Shown here: positions 1 to 11,747 of the stretch, in pieces
Layout of the letters: each line of letters begins with the position of its first letter
Position numbering within the stretch: position 1 is the first letter of the stretch
Translations under genes and position numbers: made by a program
Source: Rhizaria sp. SCN 62-66
Lineage: Eukaryota
Length of the DNA: 64,000 nt
Direction: 5' to 3'
Assembly: GCA_001724265.1 (NCBI GenBank)
Contig: MEDY01000053.1
Location: forward strand, 1 to 64,000
The notes under the pieces: generated by a model
Told to the model about the DNA's origin: nothing
Seen by the model: only the letters and a program-made list of their open reading frames with translations
Databases searched by the model: none

Positions 1-156
1 GGCCTCGAGGAGGTCCTTCTCCAGATCGAGTTTGTCCAGCTTAGCCTGGATGATCGCGAAGTGCTCTTTGTCATCGGTCCTTAGAGCCTTACTGACCTCT
101 GTGAGGCGAGCGTTGATGTGCTCCAGAGAGCGAACGTGCTCCTCGCGCGTCGCCAT
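1..156 (-). CDS. 5' part of an unknown, probably coiled-coil protein; runs off the window start
   Basis: ATG at 156 opens MATREEHVRSLEHINARLTEVSKALRTDDKEHFAIIQAKLDKLDLEKDLLEA, with no stop before base 1. Codon usage is coding-like, and a pyrimidine tract + CAG (163-161) lies just upstream. Confidence 0.55.
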   Translation of the reverse strand, partial: MATREEHVRSLEHINARLTEVSKALRTDDKEHFAIIQAKLDKLDLEKDLLEA

Positions 157-1189
157 GTCTCTGCGCAAGAAAAGCAAACAGACAGCAACAGAAGATAAAC
201 GGTTAGCAAGAGGCAAACCATTCCATGGTCGGTGTGAAGAAGGGCGAGCAACCAAAGAGGTCCAACTCCGCGCTGCGCTGGTGGCGACATCAACTCGACC
301 CCTTTTCCTGCCTCGTGAAACAAGCGTCAAACACTGCCACCAAACAAAGCGAACAGAACACAACAAACATAACAATAAGCAACTACTCTCATATCGGGAA
401 CATCTGTCTGCATGCCGTTTTCCTCACCCCAAAGTTCCTCTGAGAGCCGAAGGAAGGTCGCCTCCCCAACTCTCGGTCACCAGGAATGAATCAAAACAGC
501 AACGAATTGAAAAAATTATTATACATTTAAATATTAGTCGTTTAAATAAAAATATATACGATTTAATCGCTTCCGTCTTCTTGCGAACAATCCTGGGAAT
601 CGCATTCTTCCCAAACCTCGCCTCAACTCCTCTTTAGTACCCATCACCTCGCACGATGCAAATTAAAAAGTTACACCTGGGATTCAGGACCGTAAAATGG
701 CGTGAGGATGGCTCAGTAAATGACTGAGCGTCGGTTACTCTCTGTGAGGCAATGTGAGGCGTTATACTTATTATTCGTACAGTAGTATTAAATATTTAGT
801 TGTAGAATACTTTTTTCAATTCATAGCTATTTTGATTCATTCCTGAATTAAACACATTTTCTGACGAAAATTTCCGAAAAGTGTCTGGAATTTTTTGAAA
901 ACTACCTTGTTATGAATACGCACAGGAAGTGAAGCCTGCTCGCATTATGATTAATACTGTTACGCGGTGCTCCATCCGTAGTTGTTTGGTGCCAGCAGCG
1001 CGTGGCGATTTCGCGGTGACTGATGACAGAACAGAGAAACAGTTACGGCGGAGCAGCAAATTAGAGTGACCACGCGGATGCAAAAAGAATGAGCGCTTGC
1101 GCGATCGAGGCGGTGAGGTGTAGATGTACTAGTACGTGTGTGGACCTGTGCGGACAGCGTGGACCATGGTGAATATGGGCAAAAAATTA

Positions 1190-1261
1190 AGGTCTTACCG
1201 AGATTCGAACTCAGGACTATTGGATCAGAGCCAATCGTACTAACCGCTATACTATAAGACC
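1190..1261 (-). tRNA. tRNA-Gln, anticodon CTG
   Basis: Reverse complement folds as a cloverleaf: acceptor GGTCTTA/TAAGACC, D arm GTAT-AGCGGTTA-GTAC, anticodon arm ATTGG-CT CTG AT-CCAAT, T arm CTGAG-TTCGAAT-CTCGG. A Pol III T-tract (TTAATTTTTT) follows. Confidence 0.95.
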
Positions 1262-2202
1262 CCCTTAGACTGCGTAAGGGTCTAAATTCGAACAAATCAG
1301 ACGAATTGTGGCGGTTTCGCCCGAATTTAGCATACTATGTGATTCTAGAACACATTTTGTTTTCTGACAACATGAACTGTGATTACTTCAATTAAAAGAA
1401 AACATTCATGTGAAGAGAAATAAAATAGTGGCTATAGTCGGCATGTTCTGTAAACTTCATCTATCCACAGTTTCTGGCGTGTGCAACTTCGTTACTAGTA
1501 CTATACAGTCATTGACGAAGCAGTAACTCATACTGTACTAGTACGTACGTACCGTACTGACTTATCAACACAAGTATTGAATAAAACTTTTGTTCAATAA
1601 TATTGATTTGATATGTATTGCGACAAACCAGCATCACTTTGGGCTTTGGGCACAAGTTCCGACAAATCAGTGCACTCAGGTATGGTACAATCGATTTGTG
1701 CACAGCGAGATGTACCACAGGACTCAACTTCACCAAGCTTACGTCGGTCAGTTGCGCCGTGATCAACACAAGTATGTACACACACAAAGAGATGCAATAA
1801 AGATTGACCCTCATGTCAGCGATGTGCGTTCATACAACTGATTCATAACTGAAATTGATAAGTCAGTTGGCCATATTCACACGATTACATTATTACAAAT
1901 TGTACTGCTATCACAACTTGAAAATACAAAAGATAATTGTTGGTTTAGTGTCAGAAAAAAGCACACCAAGCTTTTCGTCAAATGCATATGTAAAAAATAA
2001 AGTTTGGCCCAAATATATCGGGGTCCTAATTAATTATTTATTCGTATTAAACCTTGTGCCTGCCTATGTATATAGACTAACAAAAAATGAGCATCACCAT
2101 TGCAAGTACTTTAAGGACCAATAACTATATCTCTAAGGCGCCTGACGCTTTATATAGCAAATATATACTACTGCATACTAAACAAATTCACTCAACAAGA
2201 CT

Positions 2203-3133
2203 TCAAGAGTGGGTCGCCGGCGCAAACCCGGGCCTCCTCGCCGTCTGACTCGCGGCGGCCAGCAGACTGCTCGAGTCGTTGCCGCTCATGTTGCCATTGC
2301 TCGCGCCAAACATCGGGGACGGCGCAGCGGGCCCCGCCGGCGCGAACCCAGGCCTGCGCTGCAGACCAGACAAGTCGGGCGTCACGCCGACGTTGCCGGG
2401 CGCGCCCACGCCGCTGAACGAGTCACGCGGCGACGGCGGCACGGGGGCCGCGGGCGCGAAGCCCGGCCGCGGCCGCATGCCTTCGAGACTCGCAAACGAG
2501 GCGTCCATGCTGTTGTTGTATGCCCCGCTGCTCGGCGAGGGCGCCACGCCACTGCCGCCGTTGCTGTTGGGCACGAAGCCGGCACGGCGCGGGAGCGTGT
2601 CAATCACGTCCGTGTTGTTGTCGCTACCGGAGGGCGTGCGGCCGCCGTTGCCACCCGCGCCGCCGCCGGAGCTAGAAGTGCTGAGCGTGAGGTCGCCGTA
2701 CATCCCCGAGTACGGCTTGGCGCCCGACGGTGGCGCGGGTGTGAAGCGGGACCCGCGCGGGCCGGGCGCGTTGATCAGCCGGCGCGCGCTGTCTGGCGGC
2801 GCAGAGGGGCCGAAGTCGGTGCGGATCGACCGGCGCCACGTGGCGTCGGCGCGCTGCTCGTACAGCCCAGGATTCGTGGCGAGGGTGTTGGGCCCGCTGC
2901 TGCCGGGGCCGATGCGGCCGCTGTAGGCGTTGCCGTTGTTGCTGTTGGCGCCGAACGTGCGGCCGGAGTCGTCCACGGTCGGGTACGAGGTCGGATAGGC
3001 GGTACGCGGGAGGCGCCACTCGCCGTTCTCTTCGTCGTAGCTCGAGGACCGGAGAATCACTTGCAAGTCGGTCGGACTGAATGCGTGATACATTGATAGC
3101 GTGAGCAGAGAAAGAGAAATAATGACAATTCGT

Positions 3134-3170
<37 letters not shown>

Positions 3171-5686
3171 AGTAGTGTTGTTACGATTGATTTATTTTTG
3201 ACGTACCGGTAAGCAGCGCGGCCAATGGCCTTGTAGAGCGCGACTTCGCGCGTGAGCTCGCGGATCGTCTTAAGGTAGTCGGCGCGGTCGCGCTCGAACT
3301 CGCCCTCTAAGTCCTGGAAGTCCTGTGTGACCGTGATAAGCTTATTGCGCAGGAGCTCGATCTGGCCGTCTTTGTCATCAAGAGCGGCCTTGGCGTTGTC
3401 GATGTGGCCCGCGAGGAGAAGCCTTTGCTCCTCCTGCTGGCGGCGCTCGCGCTCGGCCTCCTGCTGCTGGCGCTTCATCTTAAGCATGCGGCGACCTGCC
3501 TCGGCAACCTTGGCCTCAGCCTACATATACACACAAACAAAAAACAAAGTCAGGGATCATAAGTGCGTCAAACTAGTATATGTTGAGTGACAAACAGAGC
3601 AATAGAGTCATACAAACAAAGTAATTGCACTAATTGCACGTACCTGTGCCTGCGCGCTCTGCGCCTTTTGCCCGCCGTGAATGAGTTGCCTCTCCATTTC
3701 CTTCAGCTTGCGCTCGAGCTCTTCCTTCGCGGCCTCCTGTTGGGACAAAAGGCGCTCGAGCCGCTGCTGCACCTCGGCGGCCTTCTCGTCGCGCTGCGCG
3801 TCGCCGGCCTCCTGCTGCGCGCGCAGCTGCTGCGCACGATCCTCGCGCTCCTGCATCGACTCCACCAGCGCCTCGTGCGTTTCTTTCTCACGCTCCAGCG
3901 TCTCCTCGATCAGCGCACGATCCTCGGCCAGCTGTTCTAAGTCCTCTGCAGTCGCGCCGCCGCCGGCCTTGAGCTCTTGCTCGCGCCGCAGCAGACGCTT
4001 GCGCGCCGCCTCACCCTCTTTCGAGGCGTTTTCGAGCATCGCGATGCGGGCTGCGGACTCGGCGCGCTCGGCCTCGAACTGCTCCAGCATGTACTGCACC
4101 TCTTCTTGGCTCGCTTTCTTCTCCGCTTCCAGGCTATATGTGCACAAGTGACAAAACAAAAATGTTGAAACGGAATGATACGAGTTAGTTTGAAGTTGAA
4201 TTGTTACATGTAGCAGTGATGTCAATCGTGTCTTGTTTTAGTTTTTGTTCAGTTTTACACTGCTGATTAAATGAATAAACGTACCGCTTGATCTCGTTTT
4301 GCGCTTCGTCAACGAGCCGCTTCTTCTCTACCTCAAGCCCCAAGCTGACACCCCGCGTGGCACCGCTGTCGCCGCCGTCACTGGCGCCCGCAGCGGCGCC
4401 GGAGTCGACGCCCGATTGCTGCAGCAGCGCCTTGAGGCGCGTGATCTCGTCCGAGTACTCGCGCAGCAGCGCGTCGCGCGGGTCCTCGTTGATCTTGGGC
4501 TTGTTCTTGATGTTCTTGGCGCGGTTCGCGTAGCGCAGCGTGCACAGCGTCTCCTCGTAGTTCTCGCTCGCGGGCGACACGGCAGCCATCATTACCGTCT
4601 TGGCGTTGCCGCCGAGCGAGTTCTGCAGCAGACGCGTGAGCTTCGAGTCGCGGTACGGGATGTGGCCCTTGCCAGAGACGAGCGCCGAGATGACGTTGCC
4701 GAGCGCAGACAGCGACAGGTTGATCTTGGTCGCCTCCTTCAGCCGCTGGCCCTCAGCGCCCGTCTTGCCCGCGCGCTCTGAGCCGGCGAGGTCGACGAGG
4801 TTGAGCACGCCCTGCTTGATCGACAGGTCGTCGCCACCGCCCTCGACGGGCTCTGAAGTCTCGACTTCGACCATGAAGATCGAGTGCGAGCGCGACGAGT
4901 CGGCGTTCATGAGCGTCGCGCCCACGGACCGGTTCGCGTGGCCCTGGTCCATGAGCTTGGTGATCTGGTCGACCGAGTTCACGGTGTGTTTTGTGACGCC
5001 CATGACGTACACGCCCTTCTCGGGGTGCTCTTTGAGCTCGAGGCGCGCCGTGTGGTTGCTCGACAGCAAGTCGCGCACCTCCTCGTTGTAGATCTCGATA
5101 TACGAGCCCTGCACGAGGAAGTTCTTCTTCTCCACCGTGTTGGCGCGGATGGCGTCGAAGACCTGGTTGAACGCACGGGGGATGATGCCCGACAGCTTGG
5201 GGTCCGACGGCACGCCCATCATGGTGAAGGACTTGCCGCAGCCCGTCTGGCCGTAGGCAAAGATGGTGCCGTTGTAGCCCTCCATGACGGAGTCGACGAT
5301 GTCTTGTGCGATGTCCTGGTACACCTCGGTCTGGTTCGAGTCGTCGTCGAAGACGGCATCGAAGGTGAAGTCTTTGCCCGTCTCGCCGTTCTCTTCGCCG
5401 GGCTTCATGAGGGTCACTTTGCCCATCTTGGGTTCCATGCGCACACACTTGACACACTTGAGATTCTTCTCGCGCGTGTTCATGGGGCGGCAACGGATAA
5501 TCACCTGCGGGGGACGAAGGCAAAGGCGGAAGGCAAGCAACAACATGCATTGGAAGGGTGAGCGGTTGAGGAGGGAGCGAGAGATATGGCAGGGCGCAGA
5601 GGAGCAGGAATGAGGTGTGGCAAGAATATAAGAACAAAAGGGCGTACCTTGACAGCCTCAGTACTGTCCTTTTTCGCGTCGTCCAT
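2203..5686 (-). CDS. Kinesin-2 motor, KIF17/OSM-3-like (~978 aa, 5 exons: 5686-5648, 5504-4285, 4133-3644, 3520-3207, 3076-2203)
   Basis: Motor motifs GTIFAYGQTGCGKS, SSRSHSIF, LVDLAGSER and HIPYRDSKLTRLLQ; neck NKPKINEDPRDALLREY; coiled coil; tail segments EFERDRADYLKTIR and YDEENGEWRLP resemble KIF17. All four GT-AG introns keep the frame. Confidence 0.9.
3137..3169. repeat. 33-nt T homopolymer (poly-A on the gene strand) in the last kinesin intron
   Basis: Directly visible, within intron 3206-3077. Confidence 0.9.
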
Positions 5687-6030
5687 TGCACAACGCTTCT
5701 AAAGAGGTGCAGGGAAGACATAAAAGAAGGTGAAGAGTGAGAGCCGTTACAAGAGCAAAGCTGCGAAGTTCTGAGACGAAAATAAGCAAAAAGGAGGCTT
5801 TTGTTTGGGATATAATATCATAAAGTAAATAAAAATATTAGAAAAATATCTATTGCACAGACAAACAGTCGATGATAACGAGAAAAGATGGCTAGCAAAG
5901 GGGTGCTGTTATTCAAAGTTGATCAGCCACGCACAGCCGCCGACTGAGACCACCGCAAAGCTTCGCTGACGAGCGATCTTTCCTCTGTCTAGATTTCGTT
6001 CTACGTATCGTTAACGTTCGTGTTGAAACG

Positions 6031-7500
6031 ATGTCTGCTATTGGTACGTCTCCAAGTCAACTTTCTTTATTTCAGTTTCTTCACAGTCGCACTTCTTTCC
6101 CTTTAACTCCACGTGTATCTTCTCACTCGTCTCCCTGTTGCTCGTTGTTGCACTGTGCTTTTTGCTTCCCAGCTGCCACTGTCAAGGCGTCCTGGACTGT
6201 GTTTGGTGGTACTCTTACCCAGTACACCCACACTTCCGAGTCCACCAAGACCCTGATGACCTTCTCCGTGTTCCTTCCCCCCAAGGCTGCCAACGTGCCC
6301 GTTCTCTACATGCTCTCCGGCCTCGAGTGCACCGACCAGAACTTCGCCCAGAAGGCCACCCACGCCTTTAAGGTACGCACAACTTGCACTCGTTTTTACC
6401 TTTTTTCTTAAAATTAAACGTCTTACTCTACCTTTTTATGACGGAATGTTGCTCTCTGCTACTGTTCTTATTCCTTTCTTCGAGTATGTTTCTTTGCCCG
6501 CTCTCGTCATTTCTCGCTTGTTAACAGGTTGCTGTCGAGACCAACATCGCTATCGTTCTCCCCGACACCTCCCCCCGTGGCGCTGGTGTTCCCGGTGACA
6601 AGGACTCCTGGGTACGTTTTACCTTTTCTCAGTTGCAATGCTTTTGCGCTTTTGACTTTGCTCACTAAGTCAGTTAGTACTTGCTCTCAATTTTGACACT
6701 CGTATCACATCATCACCCGTCATATCAACATCATTTAAGTCATCAAGATCAATTTCAATAAGAATTTATTCGCAGTTTATTCTGGATATTATTGTTTAGC
6801 ATGCAGTACCTGTATTTGTCTCTCTCATCAATATCTTATATGGCTTCATTGAATGTGTGTGCACGATTCATTGCTTTTTACGCAGGACTTCGGCGAGGGC
6901 GCTGGCTTCTATCTCAACGCCACCACCCCTGGCTTCAGCGCGCACTACAACATGCGCACCTACGTCTCCGCCGAGCTCCCCGCCGTGCTTGCCGCAACCG
7001 TGGGCGCCGCGGTCGACGCGTCCAAGTCCTCTGTGATGGGCCACTCGATGGGCGGCCACGGCGCGCTCACGCTGTATCTGCGCCAGGACGCGCCGTACCG
7101 CTCCTGCTCCGCCTTCGCGCCCATCGCGCACCCGTCCGTGGTGCCCTGGGGCGTCAAGGCCTTTACGGGCTACCTGGGCGCGCTGGGCTCGGGCGAGACC
7201 GAGGCGGACAAGGCTGCTGTGGCTGCCGCGTGGGCCGAGCACGACGCCACCGCGCTCGTCGCCTCCTTCCCCGCGCGCGCGGGCGCCGACAAGGCCAAGC
7301 AGGGCGTGATGATCGACCAGGGGCTGGCCGACAAGTTTATCGACTCGCAGCTCAAGCCGCAGGACTTCCTGGCCGCCGCCGAGGCCGCGGGCGTGACCGT
7401 CGCGTACCGCGGACTCGAGGGTTACGACCACGGGTACTTTTTCATCGCGTCCGTCGTCGAGGACCACGTGCGCTACCACGCGCGCTTCCTTCACGCGTAA
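6031..7500 (+). CDS. ESD: S-formylglutathione hydrolase / esterase D (~303 aa; exons 6031-6043, 6173-6372, 6528-6611, 6886-7500)
   Basis: Motifs MTFSVFLPP, PVLYMLSGLECTDQNF, PDTSPRG, WDFGEGAGFYLNAT, nucleophile GHSMGG, DQGLADKF and GYDHGYFFI. Introns are frame-consistent. Confidence 0.95.
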
Positions 7501-7968
7501 GTTGACTTGTGAAGGCAGTACTTGCTGTGGGGGAGTGACTGTGAGTGATGACCACGCTTGTCTGTAATATGATAGGTGTGCGTATATGTGAACGTTGTTG
7601 TGATCTTCGTGATACGACTGAAATAAAGATGTCATTGTTTGTTTACTATGTTAAGAAACATCGGCGATGCGAGTGCAATTGAGGAAGATTTATTATTGAT
7701 AATAAATTAAGTACATAAAAATCTTCATTTGAATAAAAATACGGGTTTAACTTTTCTTTTACTTTTCATTTTGTTCTTTTACACGCGTGTCGACAAAAAA
7801 TACTTAAACAAAAAAACGCGTTTCGATCAAACATACATCCGATTGCAGACAAGACAAGGTAACAGCATAAACAATATTATATAATACAATTGCTCCACAC
7901 CAAAGCGCAGCAAAAGCAATGACACACAGAGAGCAGAAGATATCAGTCAACATTACGATCCCTCTCAC

Positions 7969-10900
7969 TTACATCTCGAAGCGCAGGTATGCGTCGAGGT
8001 GCTTGGCGACGGCGGGCGCAAAAGACCACTCGTCGAGCCGCTCCCGGTAGGCCGCGAGCAGCCGGTGCAGCGCTGTGCGCACGGTGGTCGCCATAAGTGC
8101 GGTCTCGGCGCCGGCGCGCGGGGCCACAAAGCCCAGCGCGACGACTGCACCCTTGCGCACGACCTCGCCCTCCGCGCCAACAGCGCCGCCGCCGAGGCCG
8201 CCGGCGCCGGCGCCGGCGCCGACCGCGGGCGCGAGGATGGGGTCGGTGTCCAGGTCGCGCAGCGCGAGCTCGAGCTGCGCGAGCGCGTCAGCCAGCGCCT
8301 GCGCCGACTGGGCCGCGCCGACCGTGTTGTCGACGTCTTCGTCGCGGGCCGCGATAACCAGGTCCGTGGCGGCGCGCACCGCGGCCGCAACGAGCGCGTG
8401 GTCGCACAGAAGCGCGCGCAGCCGCTCCTGCGGGGTGAGTGTCCACAACCGCGCAGAGAGGCCCTGCGCGGGGGCCGCGAGCCCGGCGGCGACGAGCTCC
8501 AGCGGCGGCGGCGCGGCGCCCGAGGCCGAGGCCGCGGCGGCGCGCGCGAGAGCGAGGTGCTTGTCGAGCGCGGCCTGGTGCGCGGCGTAGAGGTGGCGGT
8601 AGACCTTGCGCGTGGTGTTGTGGATGAGGCGCTCGATGAGCACGTCGTGCAGCGATCGCCACAGAGCCGGCGTGCGGTGTCCGCTCGTCAGGCACGCCGT
8701 CGACGCGAAGGCCGCCACCGACACGCCCGCGGCCAGCGCGGCCTGGGCGCCGCCGCGCAGACGCGCGTGCTGCTCGCGCGCGTAGGGCTCCGAACCGGGC
8801 CACAGCGGGAGGTCGTCGAGCCGCGAGAAGAAGACGCCGCGCGCGCGCTGGTCGCGCTGTGCAGAAAAGGCGAGGTCGAGCATGGCCAGGTGGCGCAGCG
8901 CCTTGTCGCGCGAGTCCGTCAGCCCCTTGAGCAGGTAGCGGCCGAAGCGGAGCGCGCCCGAGAAGACGACCTGCGCAAGCGCAGAGTGGAGGTGCCACAC
9001 CAACGCCACGAGCAGCAGCAGCGCCAGCGACTGCGCGACCGACGCCGTGGAGTCGCTCAGCGCCTCGAGGCCGTAGGGCTGCGGCACGTAATAGAGCGCG
9101 TGGCCGGCCGCGCATTGGAGCGGCGCGAACACACGCGCGCGCAGGGCCGCGTCGGCCGCGGCAGCGAAGGGCAGCGCGGCGTCGGCGGACTGCAGCGCGC
9201 GCGCGTACGCCGTCTGGTCGCTGACGGCGCGGGCGAGAATGGGCGCGAAGCCGCCTGCGACGGCCGCGGGGGCGGCCGAGACGACGCGGTCGACTGCGGC
9301 GGCGGCGGCGGAGGCCGGGGAGCCGCCTGTGGCGAAGGCGGCCTTAGCGGCGCCTGTCGCGGCCACGCGCGCAGACTGCAGCAGGGCCGCGAACAGGCCC
9401 GACACGGGCTCCGCGGCCAGCGCGGCGCGCGCGGGCGCGATGGGCAGCAGCGAGAAGAGCGCGCCACCGTGCAGCAGCGCGACGGCGCGCGGCAGCAGCC
9501 AGGACTGCAGCGCGGCGAGCGGGACCACGGAGAGGGCGAGCAGCACGGCGTCGCGCGCGGCGGCGGCCAGCGCGGCGGGCAGCGCGCGCGCGAGGCGCGG
9601 GAGCCGCGCGCGGCGGGAAGCCACGGCGTGGAAGCTCAGCGCAAGCTCGTCGGTGAGCGCGCCGCGGAGCGCGAGGACGAGGCCCAGCAGCAGGGCGAGC
9701 GCGCGCGAGAGCTGCAGAGGCGTGTCGAGCGTGACTGGCAGGAGCGCGACGCCCTCGACTTCGGCGGCGGCGACCGGGAGCGACTCCAGCAGCGCCGGCA
9801 GCGGGACGCTGGGGTTGTGTGCCAGAGACGGTACCGCGCCGCGCAGGGCGGCGACGCCGGTGACGGGCGCGTTAGCAGAGAGCAGAGCGTCGGCGTGACC
9901 GTAGCCGTGACCGCGGCCGGCAGCAGCGGAGGCGGAGGCGGCGTAGATCGAGCCCGGGTCCGCGGGGTCCGTGACGGCAAGACAGGAGCGCACGTAGAGC
10001 CGGTGCGAGGGCGCGATGTACAGCAGCCGCTCGGCGCGCGGCGCGGGGGCCACGGTGGCGCCCGCGGCCAGGCCGTCCCAGGGCGCCTGCGCAACAGCAG
10101 AGCCACCGTTCGCGTCGCCGTCCAGAGAGCTCGCACCGTGAGCGTACGCGTTGGCGCCGGCGCCGTTAGAGGTGGCCGTGTTCGTGTTAGAGGTGGCGGA
10201 GGCGGAGGTGAAGGCGGAGGGATCGCCGATTGGGAGGTCCATGGCGGAAACGAGCGGGACGTAATCTGCGACACCGGGTACCGCAGCCGCAGCCGAGTCG
10301 CTCTGGGCCGCCACCGTGGCGGCATCGGCGCTGGTGGCCGAGGAGACGGGGAGCGCCGCGGCGTAGGACAGGAGCTCGTGCGTGGCGCAGGCGAGCAGCG
10401 GCGCGGCGACGAGCACCATAAGCGCGCGGAAGGGGCGCGACAGGAGCGCGCGGACGGCCACGCCCAGGGGCTCGACCGCGCGCGGCGGGGCGATGAGGCT
10501 CATGCGCGTGTACAGTAGCGCCGTGGCGGCCGCGGCGGCGAGCGGCGTGGCCAGCAGCGTCTGCCAACGGAACAGGGCTGCGAGCACGGCGCCGACGCCG
10601 CTGAGGAGCAGCGAGGGGCGCGCGACGAGGGGCCCGGCGGCGAGGACGGCGAGCGCGGCGACGGCGGCCCACACCAGGAGCGAGATCTCGCGCCACTGCA
10701 GCACGCTCGCGGCCCAGGAGCGGTACTGGCGGTCCTGCGCGGCCAGCTCTTCCCAGTCAGGCTCGCCGACGTAGCTCGACAGTGACGACGGCACGTCGAG
10801 CAGGGCGTCGGCCAGGTTCGCGGGGGCCTGCGCGCGCGGGGCGGCGCCAAGGCCGGCACCGGCGCCGGCGCCAACGCCGCGAACAGCGAGGCCCGCCGCG

Positions 10901-11199
10901 GCGACGGCGGAGGCCGAGGCGGGCTTGGCGGCGGCGAAGGCGGATGCGGACGCGGCGGCAGCGGCGGCGGCGGCGGCGCCGGTGCGGGGGTAGAGCCCGC
11001 GGGCCGCGGCGGCGACTTCAGGGGAAAAGGCAAGGCTGCGATTGAGCGCGGCGTTACGCGCTTCGGGCCCCACGGCGTGCGCGCGGTTGGAGCGCGTGGG
11101 GGAGCCCGTGAGCGTGCGCGGCGCGAGGCCGGTCATAGACGCGGCCATGCGGGTGGCGCGGGAGTAGGACTCCACGCGCACATCGGCGTCAAAGTCCAT
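7969..11199 (-). CDS. NDC1: Divergent Ndc1-family transmembrane nucleoporin (1076 aa, intronless)
   Basis: Several N-terminal hydrophobic helices. The C-terminal blocks RHLAMLDLAFSAQRDQRARGVFFS, ALVAAAVRAATDLVIAARDED and TTVRTALHRLLAAYRERL...HLDAYLRFEM follow the recalled Ndc1 consensus in order. Confidence 0.65.
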   Translation of the reverse strand: MDFDADVRVESYSRATRMAASMTGLAPRTLTGSPTRSNRAHAVGPEARNAALNRSLAFSPEVAAAARGLYPRTGAAAAAAAAASASAFAAAKPASASAVAAAGLAVRGVGAGAGAGLGAAPRAQAPANLADALLDVPSSLSSYVGEPDWEELAAQDRQYRSWAASVLQWREISLLVWAAVAALAVLAAGPLVARPSLLLSGVGAVLAALFRWQTLLATPLAAAAATALLYTRMSLIAPPRAVEPLGVAVRALLSRPFRALMVLVAAPLLACATHELLSYAAALPVSSATSADAATVAAQSDSAAAAVPGVADYVPLVSAMDLPIGDPSAFTSASATSNTNTATSNGAGANAYAHGASSLDGDANGGSAVAQAPWDGLAAGATVAPAPRAERLLYIAPSHRLYVRSCLAVTDPADPGSIYAASASAAAGRGHGYGHADALLSANAPVTGVAALRGAVPSLAHNPSVPLPALLESLPVAAAEVEGVALLPVTLDTPLQLSRALALLLGLVLALRGALTDELALSFHAVASRRARLPRLARALPAALAAAARDAVLLALSVVPLAALQSWLLPRAVALLHGGALFSLLPIAPARAALAAEPVSGLFAALLQSARVAATGAAKAAFATGGSPASAAAAAVDRVVSAAPAAVAGGFAPILARAVSDQTAYARALQSADAALPFAAAADAALRARVFAPLQCAAGHALYYVPQPYGLEALSDSTASVAQSLALLLLVALVWHLHSALAQVVFSGALRFGRYLLKGLTDSRDKALRHLAMLDLAFSAQRDQRARGVFFSRLDDLPLWPGSEPYAREQHARLRGGAQAALAAGVSVAAFASTACLTSGHRTPALWRSLHDVLIERLIHNTTRKVYRHLYAAHQAALDKHLALARAAAASASGAAPPPLELVAAGLAAPAQGLSARLWTLTPQERLRALLCDHALVAAAVRAATDLVIAARDEDVDNTVGAAQSAQALADALAQLELALRDLDTDPILAPAVGAGAGAGGLGGGAVGAEGEVVRKGAVVALGFVAPRAGAETALMATTVRTALHRLLAAYRERLDEWSFAPAVAKHLDAYLRFEM

Positions 11200-11594
11200 T
11201 GGGCAGGTAAAACCAACGCGAGACGGGAGAAAAAAGGGGCGGCAGTGGGGAGCAAAAGCACGGCCGCGAGAGCGGGAGTGCGTGGGGCGCGGACGACGGG
11301 AAGCGCTGCGCGAAGAGGGACTTGCTGACGGCCCAGGCTGCGGTCAGAGGGCGTTCAAAAGAGACGGGAAATGACGCGGTTCCGCTACGATGGCGACACA
11401 AAAAGCAAGAATAACTAAAATAAGCAATCGGAAATAATCCAGATCAACGTCGCAATGCTACACAACGGTCATATGAGGTTATAATTCAATTCCATGGTCC
11501 GGCCATCTCCGCTGTCAAGCAACGGTCTGCGGCAGCGGCCGTATGATCGGTCGGTCAGTCGGTCGCTGCCAGTTTGACGCCGTTGCTTGCTCGG

Positions 11595-11747
11595 TTTCCC
11601 GCCCAACACTGCTCCCGATCTGCACGATCTTGAGCGATGGAGATTGCAATAAAAGCCGATTAAAAGTGGGATTTTCTTATCATTTATGGATACATCTTAT
11701 AGTTTTCTTTATTATACCTATTTAACACTTTGATCCACCCGCGGAAA
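11595..11747. promoter_or_regulatory. Candidate E2F-type sites upstream of RNR R2 (TTTCCCGC at 11595-11602; CGCGGAAA at 11740-11747)
   Basis: Match or near-match to the TTTSSCGC E2F consensus, upstream of a classical S-phase gene. Confidence 0.35.

Noticed and set aside
711-729. Hairpin GCTCAGT-AAATG-ACTGAGC
   Set aside because: A single 7-bp stem with no supporting context is expected by chance.
1015-1130. Possible C/D snoRNA (TGATGA at 1021)
   Set aside because: No suitably placed CTGA D box or terminal stem was found.
1190-1261. Suppressor tRNA or non-standard genetic code
   Set aside because: The anticodon is an ordinary CTG (Gln). All gene models close with standard stops and need no readthrough.
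1509-2124. Short ORFs in the AT-rich spacer downstream of the kinesin
   Set aside because: No coding-like codon bias and no recognisable motifs.
3137-3169. Poly-lysine tract in ORF 2672-3487
   Set aside because: It lies inside a frame-consistent GT-AG intron (3206-3077) and is not translated.
7999-10518. Long antisense or alternative-frame ORFs (e.g. 7999-10518 +, 41957-44413 +, 54656-56563 +, 32357-34060 -, 62579-63991 -)
   Set aside because: These are shadow ORFs of GC-rich coding sequence. They are Arg/Gly/Ala-rich, carry no motifs and lie opposite well-supported genes.
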